Positions 8,721 to 18,574 of a stretch of DNA of 64,000 nt are shown piece by piece. A program made the translations under genes and the position numbers. The notes below the pieces were generated by a model. The model did no database searches and had not been told where the DNA came from. It saw only the letters and a list, made by a program, of their open reading frames with translations. The stretch lies in the IMG/VR virus record IMGVR_UViG_3300046524_000235; one strand, given 5' to 3'. The stretch comes from a virus (taxonomy: Duplodnaviria; Heunggongvirae; Uroviricota; Caudoviricetes). Positions within the stretch are counted from its first letter, which is position 1; each line of letters starts with the position of its first letter.

Positions 8721-10127
8721 TTATATTGCAGCGTTCCTGCGAACTTCATTGAACGTCAGTTCCTTCACGAGCTTACCACCAGTGTACACGACTTCGAGAT
8801 GATCGTCACGACCCATTGCATTTTCACGACGGATCGTAGTCAGTTCACCGCTTTCGTCACTGACAAGTGCCAGACGCCCCTTCTTGCTAGTCTTGCCACC
8901 AGCAACAGGATCCTTGTACACGTCATTCCACTTGCCATCGATTTGAATTGCCGAAGCCTTCATTGCAAAGCCAAACGTATCACGGTCAAGCTTCTGGTGA
9001 AGAGCACCACCCATACCGAATGCAACGTTCTCAGCACTGAAACCATCCATCTTCAGAGCTGTGAGAATAGCTGCGATTGAGATCGGGTTTACACCGTCGC
9101 CTTGGATGACACGAACCTTGTTCAGGACTTTGAACCCTTTACCGTTCGTCGCGTATCCGAACTTGTCTGCGAGAATCCCAACAACCGTCCTAACAACCGA
9201 CACCGGATCTCCGGAATCAGGTCTAACAACGAGAGTACCAGGCAAAGCAAGGACAAAATCACGAAGGGTATCGCCCCAGACGTTTTTGACAGCATTAAAG
9301 ATGTCGTAACTATCAGAGACAACTGCGAAAAGGCCACTGCCGAACTTCTCAGCCATATTACGATATGCGTCCGCTTCTCCTGAACGCCCCCAACTAGTAA
9401 TAGTACTATGCTCAGCAGCAGGGATGCTAAACCCAAGAGAATCACGTTCTGCTCCGTAGAATTGATGAGCGTACTCCATGCCGAGCATGGTGTCCGTACC
9501 CATGAAGTTCACCAAGTGTGCGGCACCAGCAATAGCAGAAGTTTCTGCAGAACTAGCACCACGAGCACCGAAGTCATGAAGCTTAAAAGGAAGCTCGTCA
9601 AGCGGCTTATCGCACGTATCGACCAGTCCTTTGAAGATGATTTCTTTACAGTGACGGCTGATCGTCGCAACTGTGGTACCAAACCAGGCCGCACGAAGGA
9701 TTTGCGTTTCATAGAATGAACCCATCCAAAGCATTTCGGGATCGTGACATTCGACGTCAATGATAGCATTGCCGATAGGCACTTGCGTACCTTCAGCTAC
9801 AGCACGGATCGTGATAGGCGCACGACCTCCGTACACTTCCACCACTTTACGGAATGCGCCTTCTGCAAACGGCTCTCCGTGAAGCTTACAGATACGTCCT
9901 GCTTCAATCACGTCGTCAAGCGCAATCGGAGTCAGAAGGTGATCCTTGATGTAGCCTTGAAGGCCAAACGGAGTTACGTGTGTGATACCGAAACCGCTAT
10001 TGTCCTTACGGGGTTCTACGTAAGAAGACAGAGCAGTTGCACCAGCCGGGTATTGCAGGAAATGGCTGTGCTTGTATGAATCGGTATTGAGAAGCGGATT
10101 GATTTTGAATTGTGACATTATTAACAC
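8721..10127 (-). CDS. nadV: nicotinamide phosphoribosyltransferase (NadV)
   Basis: N-terminal LNTDSYK motif and overall NAMPT-like sequence, about 470 aa. Confidence 0.85.
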   Translation of the reverse strand: MLIMSQFKINPLLNTDSYKHSHFLQYPAGATALSSYVEPRKDNSGFGITHVTPFGLQGYIKDHLLTPIALDDVIEAGRICKLHGEPFAEGAFRKVVEVYGGRAPITIRAVAEGTQVPIGNAIIDVECHDPEMLWMGSFYETQILRAAWFGTTVATISRHCKEIIFKGLVDTCDKPLDELPFKLHDFGARGASSAETSAIAGAAHLVNFMGTDTMLGMEYAHQFYGAERDSLGFSIPAAEHSTITSWGRSGEADAYRNMAEKFGSGLFAVVSDSYDIFNAVKNVWGDTLRDFVLALPGTLVVRPDSGDPVSVVRTVVGILADKFGYATNGKGFKVLNKVRVIQGDGVNPISIAAILTALKMDGFSAENVAFGMGGALHQKLDRDTFGFAMKASAIQIDGKWNDVYKDPVAGGKTSKKGRLALVSDESGELTTIRRENAMGRDDHLEVVYTGGKLVKELTFNEVRRNAAI

Positions 10128-10171
10128 CTCGTTAATTAGAATGCCCAGAATCTATTTCTGGGACTTTTGTT

Positions 10172-11329
10172 TTAGATACCAAGCATCTTGCGAATGATCG
10201 ATGAGTGATCTTCGAAGATCAGTTCAGCGTGACTTAGTACATAGTCGATCTCGTACCAGTCTGTAGCCTTTTGCAAAGCGGTGCTTGCGACTGCATCGTC
10301 GCCACCCTTTACCTTAGGAAGCCCCGGCTTTTTGTCCGACTTATCCAGGTCAAAAAGAAAAGCGTGCGAAATAGTGCGCCCACGCAAACTACGGCCAGGA
10401 TGATCAAAAACAACACCGGCAGACATACTACCGCTAAGAAGACCTCTTGGAAGGTCAATCGAAGTTTCCTCTTGTAATTCACGGATCGCCGCATCTTCAA
10501 GCCTTTCATTTTGTTCCAGGAATCCTCCGGGTAATGCAAGGAGTCCTTCCCCCGGTGCAGCTTTACGCTTCACCATCAAAATATGACCAGCCTTCTTGAC
10601 AATCGCATCGACAGTCACAAAGGTAGGTGCATACGGTGCTGCTTTCCAGGAGTCTTTGTACTTCTGCACCATCTTGTATTCACGTCCAAGACGCAGATAC
10701 TCCGGAGTTTTGATGAACTCCTTGATGAAGCTAAAAGTGTACTCCGGAACCAAACTTTTGAGAAGCTCAATGAAACCAGGCTTCTCAAAGATTACTTCAC
10801 GGATAGCTGTAGCATCAAAGCCAAGCTTGACTTCGTCTACTGCAACGTAATCGTACTGCGGAAAGAGATCAAGGTAGTACGAGCTTTCGTCTTTCTTGTT
10901 ACCGACGATTGCAACCTTGCTTTTTACATCTTTGTCTGTCCAACCCTTTCCTGCCAAGAGAACAGTTGCTACTTCGTTTTGCACGGAAGTAACCCACTCA
11001 TCATCTGAGTAGAGGTTATCCACAAGCGGAGCCGTGAAAATGTTCGAAGTACCAGCCGCTTGAATAACCATTTGCGAACGTTCATCGTACGTAAATGGAT
11101 TCTTGATAGTGCGTGGTGCGTGCGAAGAACCGATAAGAACCAATACCTTGTCAGCCACCATGAACGCCTTATTCAAAAGGATCTGGTGACCTACATGCAA
11201 GGGTTCGAAACGACCAATGACTACAGCCAGGTCGTATTGATTTTCTTCTGTGGATACTGCAAGTTGTTTACTGCCAAAAGTAGCTGCGTACATTTCAGCC
11301 ACTTCATGATAAAGTTTACTATGTGACAT
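10172..11329 (-). CDS. natV: bifunctional NMN adenylyltransferase / Nudix hydrolase (NatV-type)
   Basis: GRFEPLHVGH nucleotidyltransferase motif N-terminally. C-terminal Nudix box GGFLEQNERLEDAAIRELQEETSI. Confidence 0.8.
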   Translation of the reverse strand: MSHSKLYHEVAEMYAATFGSKQLAVSTEENQYDLAVVIGRFEPLHVGHQILLNKAFMVADKVLVLIGSSHAPRTIKNPFTYDERSQMVIQAAGTSNIFTAPLVDNLYSDDEWVTSVQNEVATVLLAGKGWTDKDVKSKVAIVGNKKDESSYYLDLFPQYDYVAVDEVKLGFDATAIREVIFEKPGFIELLKSLVPEYTFSFIKEFIKTPEYLRLGREYKMVQKYKDSWKAAPYAPTFVTVDAIVKKAGHILMVKRKAAPGEGLLALPGGFLEQNERLEDAAIRELQEETSIDLPRGLLSGSMSAGVVFDHPGRSLRGRTISHAFLFDLDKSDKKPGLPKVKGGDDAVASTALQKATDWYEIDYVLSHAELIFEDHSSIIRKMLGI

Positions 11330-11388
11330 TCGAGCCTCTCGAAAGTTAAAAGAAGCGGTAACTCTCTGCTACCGCTGATAAATCAATT

Positions 11389-11856
11389 TTACTCGGATTT
11401 GCCGAGATTATCAAGCATGCTTTTCACAGACTCCATGCTGATACCCTTAAGCGGAGATTCTTCACCACCTTCAACCGACTTGATGACCAGGTTGTGTTCA
11501 AGCATAAGGTCCGTCAGTTCGAAAAGCGCCTTCTCGAAGTTTGATGCAAAGCGCTCGCAGTCAGCCTTCATTTCGTCAAGCTTGAAGTTCTCCCACAGCC
11601 CTTCGGTAACTTTGAGTTCCGCTTCCGACATGAATTCCTTCGTCGCTTGGAAACGCCTCCAGCTACGCTCGGTCTGCTCCACCAACTTACGTTCTTGCAT
11701 TGCAAGGCCGTGAACGGTCTTACGCATGTCGTTGAAAATGTCGTCAATGCTCTTGCCAGGAGCTTCGCCTACGAGTTCCAACTTGTCTTCCTTTTCTTCG
11801 ATGACGAAGCAAGAAACGCCAATCGGGATGATGATGTAGTTACCGGACTTGATCAT
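11389..11856 (-). CDS. hypothetical protein (155 aa)
   Basis: Intact ORF; promoter-like motif upstream. Confidence 0.45.
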   Translation of the reverse strand: MIKSGNYIIIPIGVSCFVIEEKEDKLELVGEAPGKSIDDIFNDMRKTVHGLAMQERKLVEQTERSWRRFQATKEFMSEAELKVTEGLWENFKLDEMKADCERFASNFEKALFELTDLMLEHNLVIKSVEGGEESPLKGISMESVKSMLDNLGKSE

Positions 11857-11933
11857 TTTGAGTCTCCTTAACGCTAAAGAAAAAGTGCCGAAAACGTTAT
11901 TGTTCCCGACACTGTGCTTATACCAATATTTAG

Positions 11934-13337
11934 TTACTTCTTGACAATGTCTTGCTCACCACGGCGAACAGTCCAGTCATCAACGTCCTTATCATAGAAA
12001 ACTGGGACACCATAGTCTTCCAGATACTTACCAAGTGCCTGAGCAAATGGACGGACAGTAGCGTGAACAGTTTTACCAGAACGAAGTTCAGCTACGTACA
12101 TAGCTTGTTGAACGGTGTACTTGAAAGCCACCTGAACAACATTACCCATCGGGAGAATGTATTGACCGAAAGCTAAGAAAGCTTCGTCGCTTTCACGAAC
12201 ATCCAACCTGTCATACGTATCCTCAATTTTTTCAAGCAACTCATCAGCCTTCTTCTGAAGTTCAGGCGTAAGATTGTCGTAGTACCAAGGATGAATACCA
12301 TACTCTCCTGTTACAACTGGCATTGTGCAGTAGCCATTACGATGACGTTGGATATCCCGGAATGAACCGAAGTCCATTCTAGACTCGGTCCAAATAGTGG
12401 TTTGAGAAACAAGGGAATGTTTATGGAGTTTGGTACGCTTGGGGCGATTTTTAAACCCAGGACACAGAGCCCTGGAATCTTCGTCTTCAATAGCGACAGT
12501 AAATGTTCCCAATTCAATAGGGTCTGTTATCCTTTCGTAGCCCGTCACCTCTTGATACATAGCGTAGAAGTTCTGGAAGTCAGAGTTAAACTCATACACG
12601 TTATTGCCTTCGATGTTCCTAAGCTCACGCTCAAACTCTTCTTGTGTTGAGCAATTAGCTACGATTGCGTAATCCAGACGGAACGAATTAGGATACTTCA
12701 TCTGCATCTGTTGATACGCCTTAGCTCCAAGAACTCGAACTTCCTCAAGCGGATGGTGCATCATCCAAATGAGATGCTCACCAGCGTTGCTAAGTCGTCC
12801 AGTCCAAGCCACATTGGTAGTAGCACCGACAGGGAGAAAACCACGAAGAATATCAAAAGCACGTGCAGCAATAGCCTTGTCATAGGTAACTAGCTTGTCG
12901 CCTTCCTTGATTGGGTACACTGTCTTGAGATGAGCCTTCAGAGGCTCAAGACTCTCGACATAGAACTTACGATACTCAGCGTAAAGATTTGCAATCCGAC
13001 CGCTCATTTCTGAGTTCTTCGGAGCAGGATCATAGAAGGGTTGATAGCTGAAATCGATGTAACGTGAGCTACACTCCTGTCCTACGAAAAGAGGGTTATC
13101 TTCAATAGCCTTTGCAGCTAGCATTGAGATACCCTCGAAATACATTGTTTCAGAACCGCAGTCACCAATAGACGCATGTCCGTATCCCAGGTAGTATCGG
13201 GACATGAAATTACTTGAACCGACCTCATCAATCTTCTTGATGTGATCGGCTACGCTATCGATACTACGTGAGTACAACGCTTGAAGCATTGCGTTGTCTT
13301 CTGCATTCATGCAGGTATGAAGGATGATTCTGGACAT
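11934..13337 (-). CDS. hypothetical protein (467 aa); weak ThyX-like RHR motif
   Basis: Contains …IQRHRNGY… but not the full RHRx7-8S ThyX signature. Function uncertain. Confidence 0.45.
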   Translation of the reverse strand: MSRIILHTCMNAEDNAMLQALYSRSIDSVADHIKKIDEVGSSNFMSRYYLGYGHASIGDCGSETMYFEGISMLAAKAIEDNPLFVGQECSSRYIDFSYQPFYDPAPKNSEMSGRIANLYAEYRKFYVESLEPLKAHLKTVYPIKEGDKLVTYDKAIAARAFDILRGFLPVGATTNVAWTGRLSNAGEHLIWMMHHPLEEVRVLGAKAYQQMQMKYPNSFRLDYAIVANCSTQEEFERELRNIEGNNVYEFNSDFQNFYAMYQEVTGYERITDPIELGTFTVAIEDEDSRALCPGFKNRPKRTKLHKHSLVSQTTIWTESRMDFGSFRDIQRHRNGYCTMPVVTGEYGIHPWYYDNLTPELQKKADELLEKIEDTYDRLDVRESDEAFLAFGQYILPMGNVVQVAFKYTVQQAMYVAELRSGKTVHATVRPFAQALGKYLEDYGVPVFYDKDVDDWTVRRGEQDIVKK

Positions 13338-13549
13338 AATATGTTTTCTTGTTTACTACTTTGTTGTTTTGGGCCTTCTTTCCGAATGTGCCATGCGTCA
13401 CACTCTTTACAGAAGTAAGCTTTGTACTGACCTAACGCACTACCAGTCTTCGGCTTCTGAAACCTATCCTTGCGGGTAAGTCTCACAGCTTCATTCTTTG
13501 CAGTAAGTTGATCGTACTTCTTTTCGTGACACTTCTTTTCAGTTGACAT
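13307..13549 (-). CDS. small basic zinc-finger protein
   Basis: CKECDAWH and Cys/His motif. Promoter-like motif and terminator upstream. Confidence 0.4.
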   Translation of the reverse strand: MSTEKKCHEKKYDQLTAKNEAVRLTRKDRFQKPKTGSALGQYKAYFCKECDAWHIRKEGPKQQSSKQENILCPESSFIPA

Positions 13550-13640
13550 GGTGTGAGCCCCCTTTGAGCGCAGTGGTTTCTGGAATTAGAATTTTTACCA
13601 TTATCCTTATACCAAATACGCTCTTGGCTAATCAAAAAAA

Positions 13641-13675
13641 AAGGCGCTTAGAAACAAGCGCCAGAAAGGAGGACC
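13641..13675 (-). terminator. rho-independent terminator (minus strand)
   Basis: Minus-sense GGCGCTTGTTTCTAAGCGCC hairpin followed by T9. Confidence 0.6.
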
Positions 13676-13691
13676 ACGATCAAATCTTTGA

Positions 13692-13940
13692 TTAGTTCAG
13701 TGTCACACGACTTCCCGTAGGACAATCTTGAAGAGGACAGGAGCGGTATTCTACCCCGCCACGAAACTCGTGTCCACACTCACCGCATACAGCGATGACG
13801 GGATTGTGCAGCGGCGGGTTGATAGGCTTTTTCGGAATCAGAGGGACTCCGAGACGAGAAGCTTTCTGCTTAGGAGTTTCTTTCTCGAATTCTAAATCAG
13901 CAGCTACGAAAGGCTTTTTACCAGGAGGATCGATATACAT
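13692..13940 (-). CDS. zinc-ribbon protein (82 aa)
   Basis: CGECGHEF…CPLQDC. Confidence 0.4.
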   Translation of the reverse strand: MYIDPPGKKPFVAADLEFEKETPKQKASRLGVPLIPKKPINPPLHNPVIAVCGECGHEFRGGVEYRSCPLQDCPTGSRVTLN

Positions 13941-14117
13941 TTAAACTTAGTCCTGCTTGTAGATGATACGAACTTCCCAACCCGGACTGCGCTGAAGAAC
14001 TTCGTAGTTGGTGATGAGAATTACTTCCCACGGATTTCCCATGAACCGACCTTCGTAGCGAAGGACTTCTTGCCCAACTGCGAGGTCAACAGCATCACGA
14101 GCAGACATGTTCTACTC

Positions 14118-14390
14118 CTATTTGACTACCGGTTCGAGAAGACGAATGAGAGTTGCACGATCACCAGCATTTACTTCTTGCGTAGCATCATTCAACCGGA
14201 ACAGAAGTCTTTTGAAGGCTTCCTTGTTTTCCTCGATTTCATAGAGCATCTTTGACTCAGCGTGTTCGAGGCCACAATCCATGCAGAATATTTCACTTAG
14301 AGTCATGTTATTCTCCAGCCAGTTCGGAGGTAAGTTCCTTCTCAAACTGTTTCTTGGTAGTGCGTTTATCTTTGCGGTTTTTATGCTCAC
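14118..14390 (-). CDS. hypothetical protein (90 aa); TAG stop
   Basis: Intact ORF. Stop codon reads TAG (plus-strand cta at 14118-14120). Confidence 0.4.
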   Translation of the reverse strand: MSIKTAKINALPRNSLRRNLPPNWLENNMTLSEIFCMDCGLEHAESKMLYEIEENKEAFKRLLFRLNDATQEVNAGDRATLIRLLEPVVK

Positions 14391-14423
14391 CGCCTGTTTT
14401 AGCCTTTACTACCAGGCCTTCGT

Positions 14424-14630
14424 TTAACTGCTCGTGCCTCGGAGGTCTTGGTTTAGAGGCTCGTCGTTGAGAGGCCATAAGAAGCGGTATCCTTCACGAA
14501 GAATGCGGGTGCGGGCTGCGTAGCGCAACTCGCCATTGTCATCAGCATGACCATCAGTACAAATCTGTTCTTGAGTTTCATGATTGGTTTCCATTTTGAA
14601 TACTGCTCCGATTGGAAAAGCCTTAGGCAT
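14424..14630 (-). CDS. hypothetical small protein
   Basis: Track ORF 14424..14651 overlaps the 3' end of the tRNA. Start moved to the internal Met. Confidence 0.3.
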   Translation of the reverse strand: MPKAFPIGAVFKMETNHETQEQICTDGHADDNGELRYAARTRILREGYRFLWPLNDEPLNQDLRGTSS

Positions 14631-14701
14631 CACTGATTGGACTCGAACCAATTACCCCAAGCTTAGAAGGCTTGTGCTCTATCCGGATGAGCTACAGTGA
14701 T
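14628..14701 (-). tRNA. tRNA-Arg (anticodon TCT)
   Basis: Hand-folded cloverleaf: acceptor ATCACTG/CAGTGAT, D arm GCTC/GAGC, anticodon stem CAAGC/GCTTG with loop CTTCTAA, T arm ATTGG-TTCGAGT-CCAAT. Confidence 0.7.
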
Positions 14702-14814
14702 CCTAAGACCTTTCGATTGGTGGACGTGACGAGACTCTCACTCGCAAGGGGGACTCAATTCAGCCCCTACCGTATTACGCAGGTTCGGCCTGCTACGATT
14801 CGCACGCCCATAGA

Positions 14815-15213
14815 TTACTTAGAGATTTGATCGAGTGCAAACGTCTTGTACATCGAGCTTGCTATTTCGAAGTTATGGCTCCAGCCCCACTCGTTCTGAA
14901 CGTACTGTTTGAACAGTGTCTGATCCAGTTCGATGGTGTCGCTGACCGACCATTCGAGCATTTTGATTGCATCGACGTACTCCTTCTCATAGCTCTGAGG
15001 TGGAGCGAACTGGACTGCACGGACTTTGAGAGCGTCTGTTGCTGAGCTGGCCCCTACTTCATACAGCTTTACCTCCAGATCGTCCATCAGTTTCAAACGA
15101 TAGCCGACTACCGCTTCAGCGTAGTCAATCTTGTGCTGAGCCAGGTTTACTTTCAGTTGTTCGATAAGCTTGAGACGATCAACCGTAACAGAGCGTTGGT
15201 GTGAATTCATCAT
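14815..15213 (-). CDS. hypothetical protein (132 aa)
   Basis: Intact ORF. Confidence 0.45.
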   Translation of the reverse strand: MMNSHQRSVTVDRLKLIEQLKVNLAQHKIDYAEAVVGYRLKLMDDLEVKLYEVGASSATDALKVRAVQFAPPQSYEKEYVDAIKMLEWSVSDTIELDQTLFKQYVQNEWGWSHNFEIASSMYKTFALDQISK

Positions 15214-15677
15214 GGTCTATTCCATGTTAGTTAAATGGTCGGCGCATCCGGGTACGATCCGGAAAAGGAAGATTAAAAGTCTTCTATGATACCAGTTTCA
15301 TCATACGCCGCTTACCAGAAGAACGTGTAATTATACACGGACTAAAGAATTTTTCAAGAGAAATAAGAACTGGGCCACCGGTTAGGTTTGCCCAGTCCTC
15401 AGATACAACGCTTCTGCCATGCTATCGAGTAGTCTTAACAGAAGTTTCACATTTTGGAGCAAGTCCCGGCAGTAGATGCCGCAATATCCAAAGTATAAAT
15501 CTCTACAAATATAGTAGTAGAGATGGGTGCAACCTAGTAAATATGACAGCTAACGTACTCCCAGTCCCCCAGGAGATACAGCCTTTTCAACGGGAGGCCA
15601 CCCACGAGTCATTGAGCGTAGCGAGGGAACCGAAATTCCCCCGACCCTGAGTTTCACAGGGTACTACCTAGCTGACC

Positions 15678-16652
15678 TTACTCCGATTTCGGAGCAGCCT
15701 TCGGCGTCCAGTCGGTCGGAACCTTCAGCAGTTCCTTGTTTTCGACACGGTGCGACCCAACGTGGCCGACCAGAATGCCCAGCGGAACGAAGTTGTTCGT
15801 TTCCAGGCCATACGCCTTCGCACGGTTGATGTCGGCAATACGAGTCTTTGCAGCTTCGACGGTGTTGCGAGCCGAACGGATTTCTGATACGTTTTCTTCG
15901 ATTACGATTTCAGCAGCGTTCAGAACGCCCATCACTTCCTTAGCCGCCGCGATGGCCGCTTCCTTCTTCTGCGCTGCTTGCATGTCTTGCAGTGCTTCAC
16001 GCAGATCCACGTTCAGACCGCCGAAGTCAGCGACTTCCTTGGTGAATTGCGAATCTGCCAGACGGATTATTGCGTTGCTCATGGTCGTTTCTTCCTTTTT
16101 GGTTGTAGGTACTTCGAGTTTATTGCAGATGGTCTTGCCAGGGCGGAAATGCCGTTTCTTAAGATACTCCACCTTGACCTGATCGGTGATAGGGGTGCCG
16201 TCAGTATACTCAAACTGCACACCTTCCCTTGACACAATTACCGTGTAATCGTTGCATGGAATCAGATCTTCTACTGGCAAAAGGTGAAGGTGAAGCTGAT
16301 ACGGACGGGACTTGGAGTCTGTTGACTCTATCTTCTTGGCGAGGTATAACTTACAAGAGCCGCCCATTACTTCAGGCTGTTTGATTTCAAGGAGAAAAGA
16401 TCCGCTCGCACTAGGACAGTGCCCGCCAACGAGCCTGTCGCATTTGGAGCAGCTCTGTTTCTTGGCGTCGAGTTTTTCCTTAAGCAACTGGCCGAGATTG
16501 GGCACTGCAGTTACTGGCTCATTCTCCTTCTGCTCAAAGTCGTTCATGCAAGGTCCGACCTTTGCGCTGACCGGTGTGAACCGATGGTCGAGATACTTTC
16601 CACCGCACGCAACACCAGGCCCTTTGAATTTTTTGCAATCACCGCACGGCAT
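15678..16652 (-). CDS. hypothetical protein with Cys-rich N-terminus (324 aa)
   Basis: CGDC…C…C clusters and an Ala/Lys-rich coiled C-terminus. AAGGAG SD upstream of the ATG at 16652. Confidence 0.5.
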   Translation of the reverse strand: MPCGDCKKFKGPGVACGGKYLDHRFTPVSAKVGPCMNDFEQKENEPVTAVPNLGQLLKEKLDAKKQSCSKCDRLVGGHCPSASGSFLLEIKQPEVMGGSCKLYLAKKIESTDSKSRPYQLHLHLLPVEDLIPCNDYTVIVSREGVQFEYTDGTPITDQVKVEYLKKRHFRPGKTICNKLEVPTTKKEETTMSNAIIRLADSQFTKEVADFGGLNVDLREALQDMQAAQKKEAAIAAAKEVMGVLNAAEIVIEENVSEIRSARNTVEAAKTRIADINRAKAYGLETNNFVPLGILVGHVGSHRVENKELLKVPTDWTPKAAPKSE

Positions 16653-17075
16653 TATTTCTCCTTATCTACAACGATTAAGTTCTGCAGCCTAAGACAAAGC
16701 TTAAGCGTTGAAGGGAACCCCGTACTGGACTACGGGGGTACTGCGGTTTAGTTTCGGTGGTCCAAACACCTAGTTGGTTTCGCTGCCTTACCAACAGAAG
16801 TTCCAACAGAAAGAGTGCAACTACATCTCTCTCTTCAGCTTTCCAACAGCGCTCCGTCCTTTATAGAGCTTCGCCTCATCAGCGCCAGAATCGAACCGGC
16901 CCCTCTGTTGGAAGTTTCCCCTTAACTGATTCGTTTAACTCTCAGCTAATCCGGTAGCGACTCCACTCTACCTCTCGACAGTTAGTTAATCCTCGTCAGG
17001 ACTTTGGTGATTCGAACACCATCGCTTGGTTCAGGGGAAAAGAAAGGCATCGAATAAATACAATGCTTCCTAATA
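16653..17075 (-). ncRNA. long structured leader or candidate ncRNA with tRNA-like T-arm motifs
   Basis: About 420 nt between the promoter-like motif (17076..17089) and the ATG at 16652. Contains GGTG-TTCGAAT-CACC and GCCGG-TTCGATT-CTGGC T-arm-like hairpins and an 8-bp ACCCCGTA/TACGGGGT hairpin. Confidence 0.3.
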
Positions 17076-17113
17076 AACTTATACCAATTCGAAATGTCGA
17101 AATTGAATAAAAC

Positions 17114-17485
17114 TTACAGACAACGCTCAATCACGTTTGCGATTTGCTTGAAGCTCAGCCTATCCGTATCATTCAGGTTTACCAGGGTAGTTGCCTGACC
17201 ACGATACGTAACATTGATATCAGTAGGCTCTGCTGCATCTTTCTCGCTTGCAACCTCCATCAAACCTGCCCACTCTACAACTGCAGGAGGAAGATGCCCG
17301 AATGCGTCCATATAGCTAAATTTGCTAGTCTCTTTTGCAGCAAGTTCCGGATGCTCTTGAGCATGAATGTTGCATAGAACGCCGAGGCAACAGAATCCAA
17401 TATCGTCACGGAGTTGGCCAGTAGTACGGGGGTAGTCACCGCTGCGAAGAGCTTTGAGCCACTTAGTTTTTACACGCTTTTTCAT
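17114..17485 (-). CDS. CCLGVL-family paralog P8
   Basis: KWLKALRSGDY, CCLGVLC, WAGL, LNDTDRLSFKQIANVIERCL. Confidence 0.6.
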   Translation of the reverse strand: MKKRVKTKWLKALRSGDYPRTTGQLRDDIGFCCLGVLCNIHAQEHPELAAKETSKFSYMDAFGHLPPAVVEWAGLMEVASEKDAAEPTDINVTYRGQATTLVNLNDTDRLSFKQIANVIERCL

Positions 17486-17514
17486 TTCAATTCTCGTTTA
17501 AAGTTGTTTACGAC

Positions 17515-17874
17515 TTACAGTTGTGCTTCAATAAGATCAGCGATTCCGGAAAATCCGGGATTCAAGCTAGGGCTATCGTTGAGAGTCCAAAGATCTTTCT
17601 TTGAGCCTTCGAACATTACCTTGCCATCATCATCAAGGCCGGCCCACCTACGGACTTCATCTGCAAGCATTCCCGGCGAATTTCCGTAAACAACCACTCC
17701 CTCAAGACCGTCGGGGTAGTGAAATCCCTTGCTCTCAGGATGCTCTTTGAGATGAAGTTCACAAAGAACGCCGAGGCAACAGTGACCTTCAGTCTTTTTA
17801 AGCTGACCTGTAGTCTGCTTGTACTCACCGCTACGAAGAGCGGCTACCCATTTTGCTTTTACCACTTGGTTCAT
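17515..17874 (-). CDS. CCLGVL-family paralog P7
   Basis: KWVAALRSGEYKQ, CCLGVLCE, WAGL, LNDSP…IADLIEAQL. Confidence 0.6.
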   Translation of the reverse strand: MNQVVKAKWVAALRSGEYKQTTGQLKKTEGHCCLGVLCELHLKEHPESKGFHYPDGLEGVVVYGNSPGMLADEVRRWAGLDDDGKVMFEGSKKDLWTLNDSPSLNPGFSGIADLIEAQL

Positions 17875-17876
17875 AT

Positions 17877-18233
17877 TTAAAGATCGTACTTAATAAGATC
17901 AACGATTTGTGAAAACGGCATATCGTGGTCGTTAAGGTTTGAAAGCCAAACTTCTCCGCCTTGCCTATTCGTGATCGACAATCCCCCGTCGAAAGACGCA
18001 AGACCAGACCACTTTTTAACTTGTACAGGCAAGTTACCTTCCGCTTTAAGAATGAGCTTCTTACCATAATCGAAATTGGAATTAACCCACGGCTCGCCCG
18101 TTTCCTTGGAATAGATATCGCAAAGAACCCCAAGGCAGCAGAACTGTTCATCTTTGTTGAGATTGAACTTTCCCTGCTTATACTCTCCGCTCTCAAGAGC
18201 AGCAATCCATTTCTGTTTGACTTCTTCGTTCAC
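17877..18233 (-). CDS. CCLGVL-family paralog P6
   Basis: KWIAALESGEYKQ, CCLGVLCD, WSGL, LND…FSQIVDLIKYDL. Confidence 0.6.
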   Translation of the reverse strand: MNEEVKQKWIAALESGEYKQGKFNLNKDEQFCCLGVLCDIYSKETGEPWVNSNFDYGKKLILKAEGNLPVQVKKWSGLASFDGGLSITNRQGGEVWLSNLNDHDMPFSQIVDLIKYDL

Positions 18234-18574
18234 AGTTGAGCCTCGATAAGGTCTGCGATTTGGTGAAAGTTGTATCCACGGCCATCATTAAGAAAAGGGA
18301 TAGACGAATGCATCGAATATCCTTCAACCTTAAATCTTATAGCCTGAAAGTTAACATCAGCCCATTCAGAGATATGGGAAGGAGGAAATCCTTCCATCGA
18401 ATCAAACGATTGCTTCTTAGCACCAGTCTCTTTATCATGAACCTCGCACAAGACACCAAGGCAGCAGTGAGATGTACTACCATCTACCTCGTTTTGCTTA
18501 AGCCTATACCGGGTCTGTTTGTACTCCCCGCTGCGCAAGGCTTCAACCCACAGTTTCTTTACACGTTCGTTCAT
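18230..18574 (-). CDS. CCLGVL-family paralog P5
   Basis: LWVEALRSGEYKQ, CCLGVLCE, LND…FHQIADLIEAQL. ATGA overlap with the neighbour. Confidence 0.6.
   Translation of the reverse strand: MNERVKKLWVEALRSGEYKQTRYRLKQNEVDGSTSHCCLGVLCEVHDKETGAKKQSFDSMEGFPPSHISEWADVNFQAIRFKVEGYSMHSSIPFLNDGRGYNFHQIADLIEAQL

Noticed and set aside
14628-14701. First reading of this tRNA as anticodon CTA (a second suppressor)
   Set aside because: That parse required an unpaired anticodon stem. Re-registering gives CAAGC/GCTTG with loop CTTCTAA = TCT (Arg).
14703-14820. Possible second tRNA upstream of tRNA-Arg (GGGGCTGAATTGAGTCCCC hairpin)
   Set aside because: The T loop would be 11 nt and no cloverleaf closes. Treated as a promoter or leader hairpin.
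16653-17075. tmRNA (ssrA) hypothesis for the region with T-arm-like hairpins
   Set aside because: No acceptor-stem pairing partner, no resume-codon/tag ORF ending in AA-stop, and the T-arm-like hairpins are not near a 3' end.
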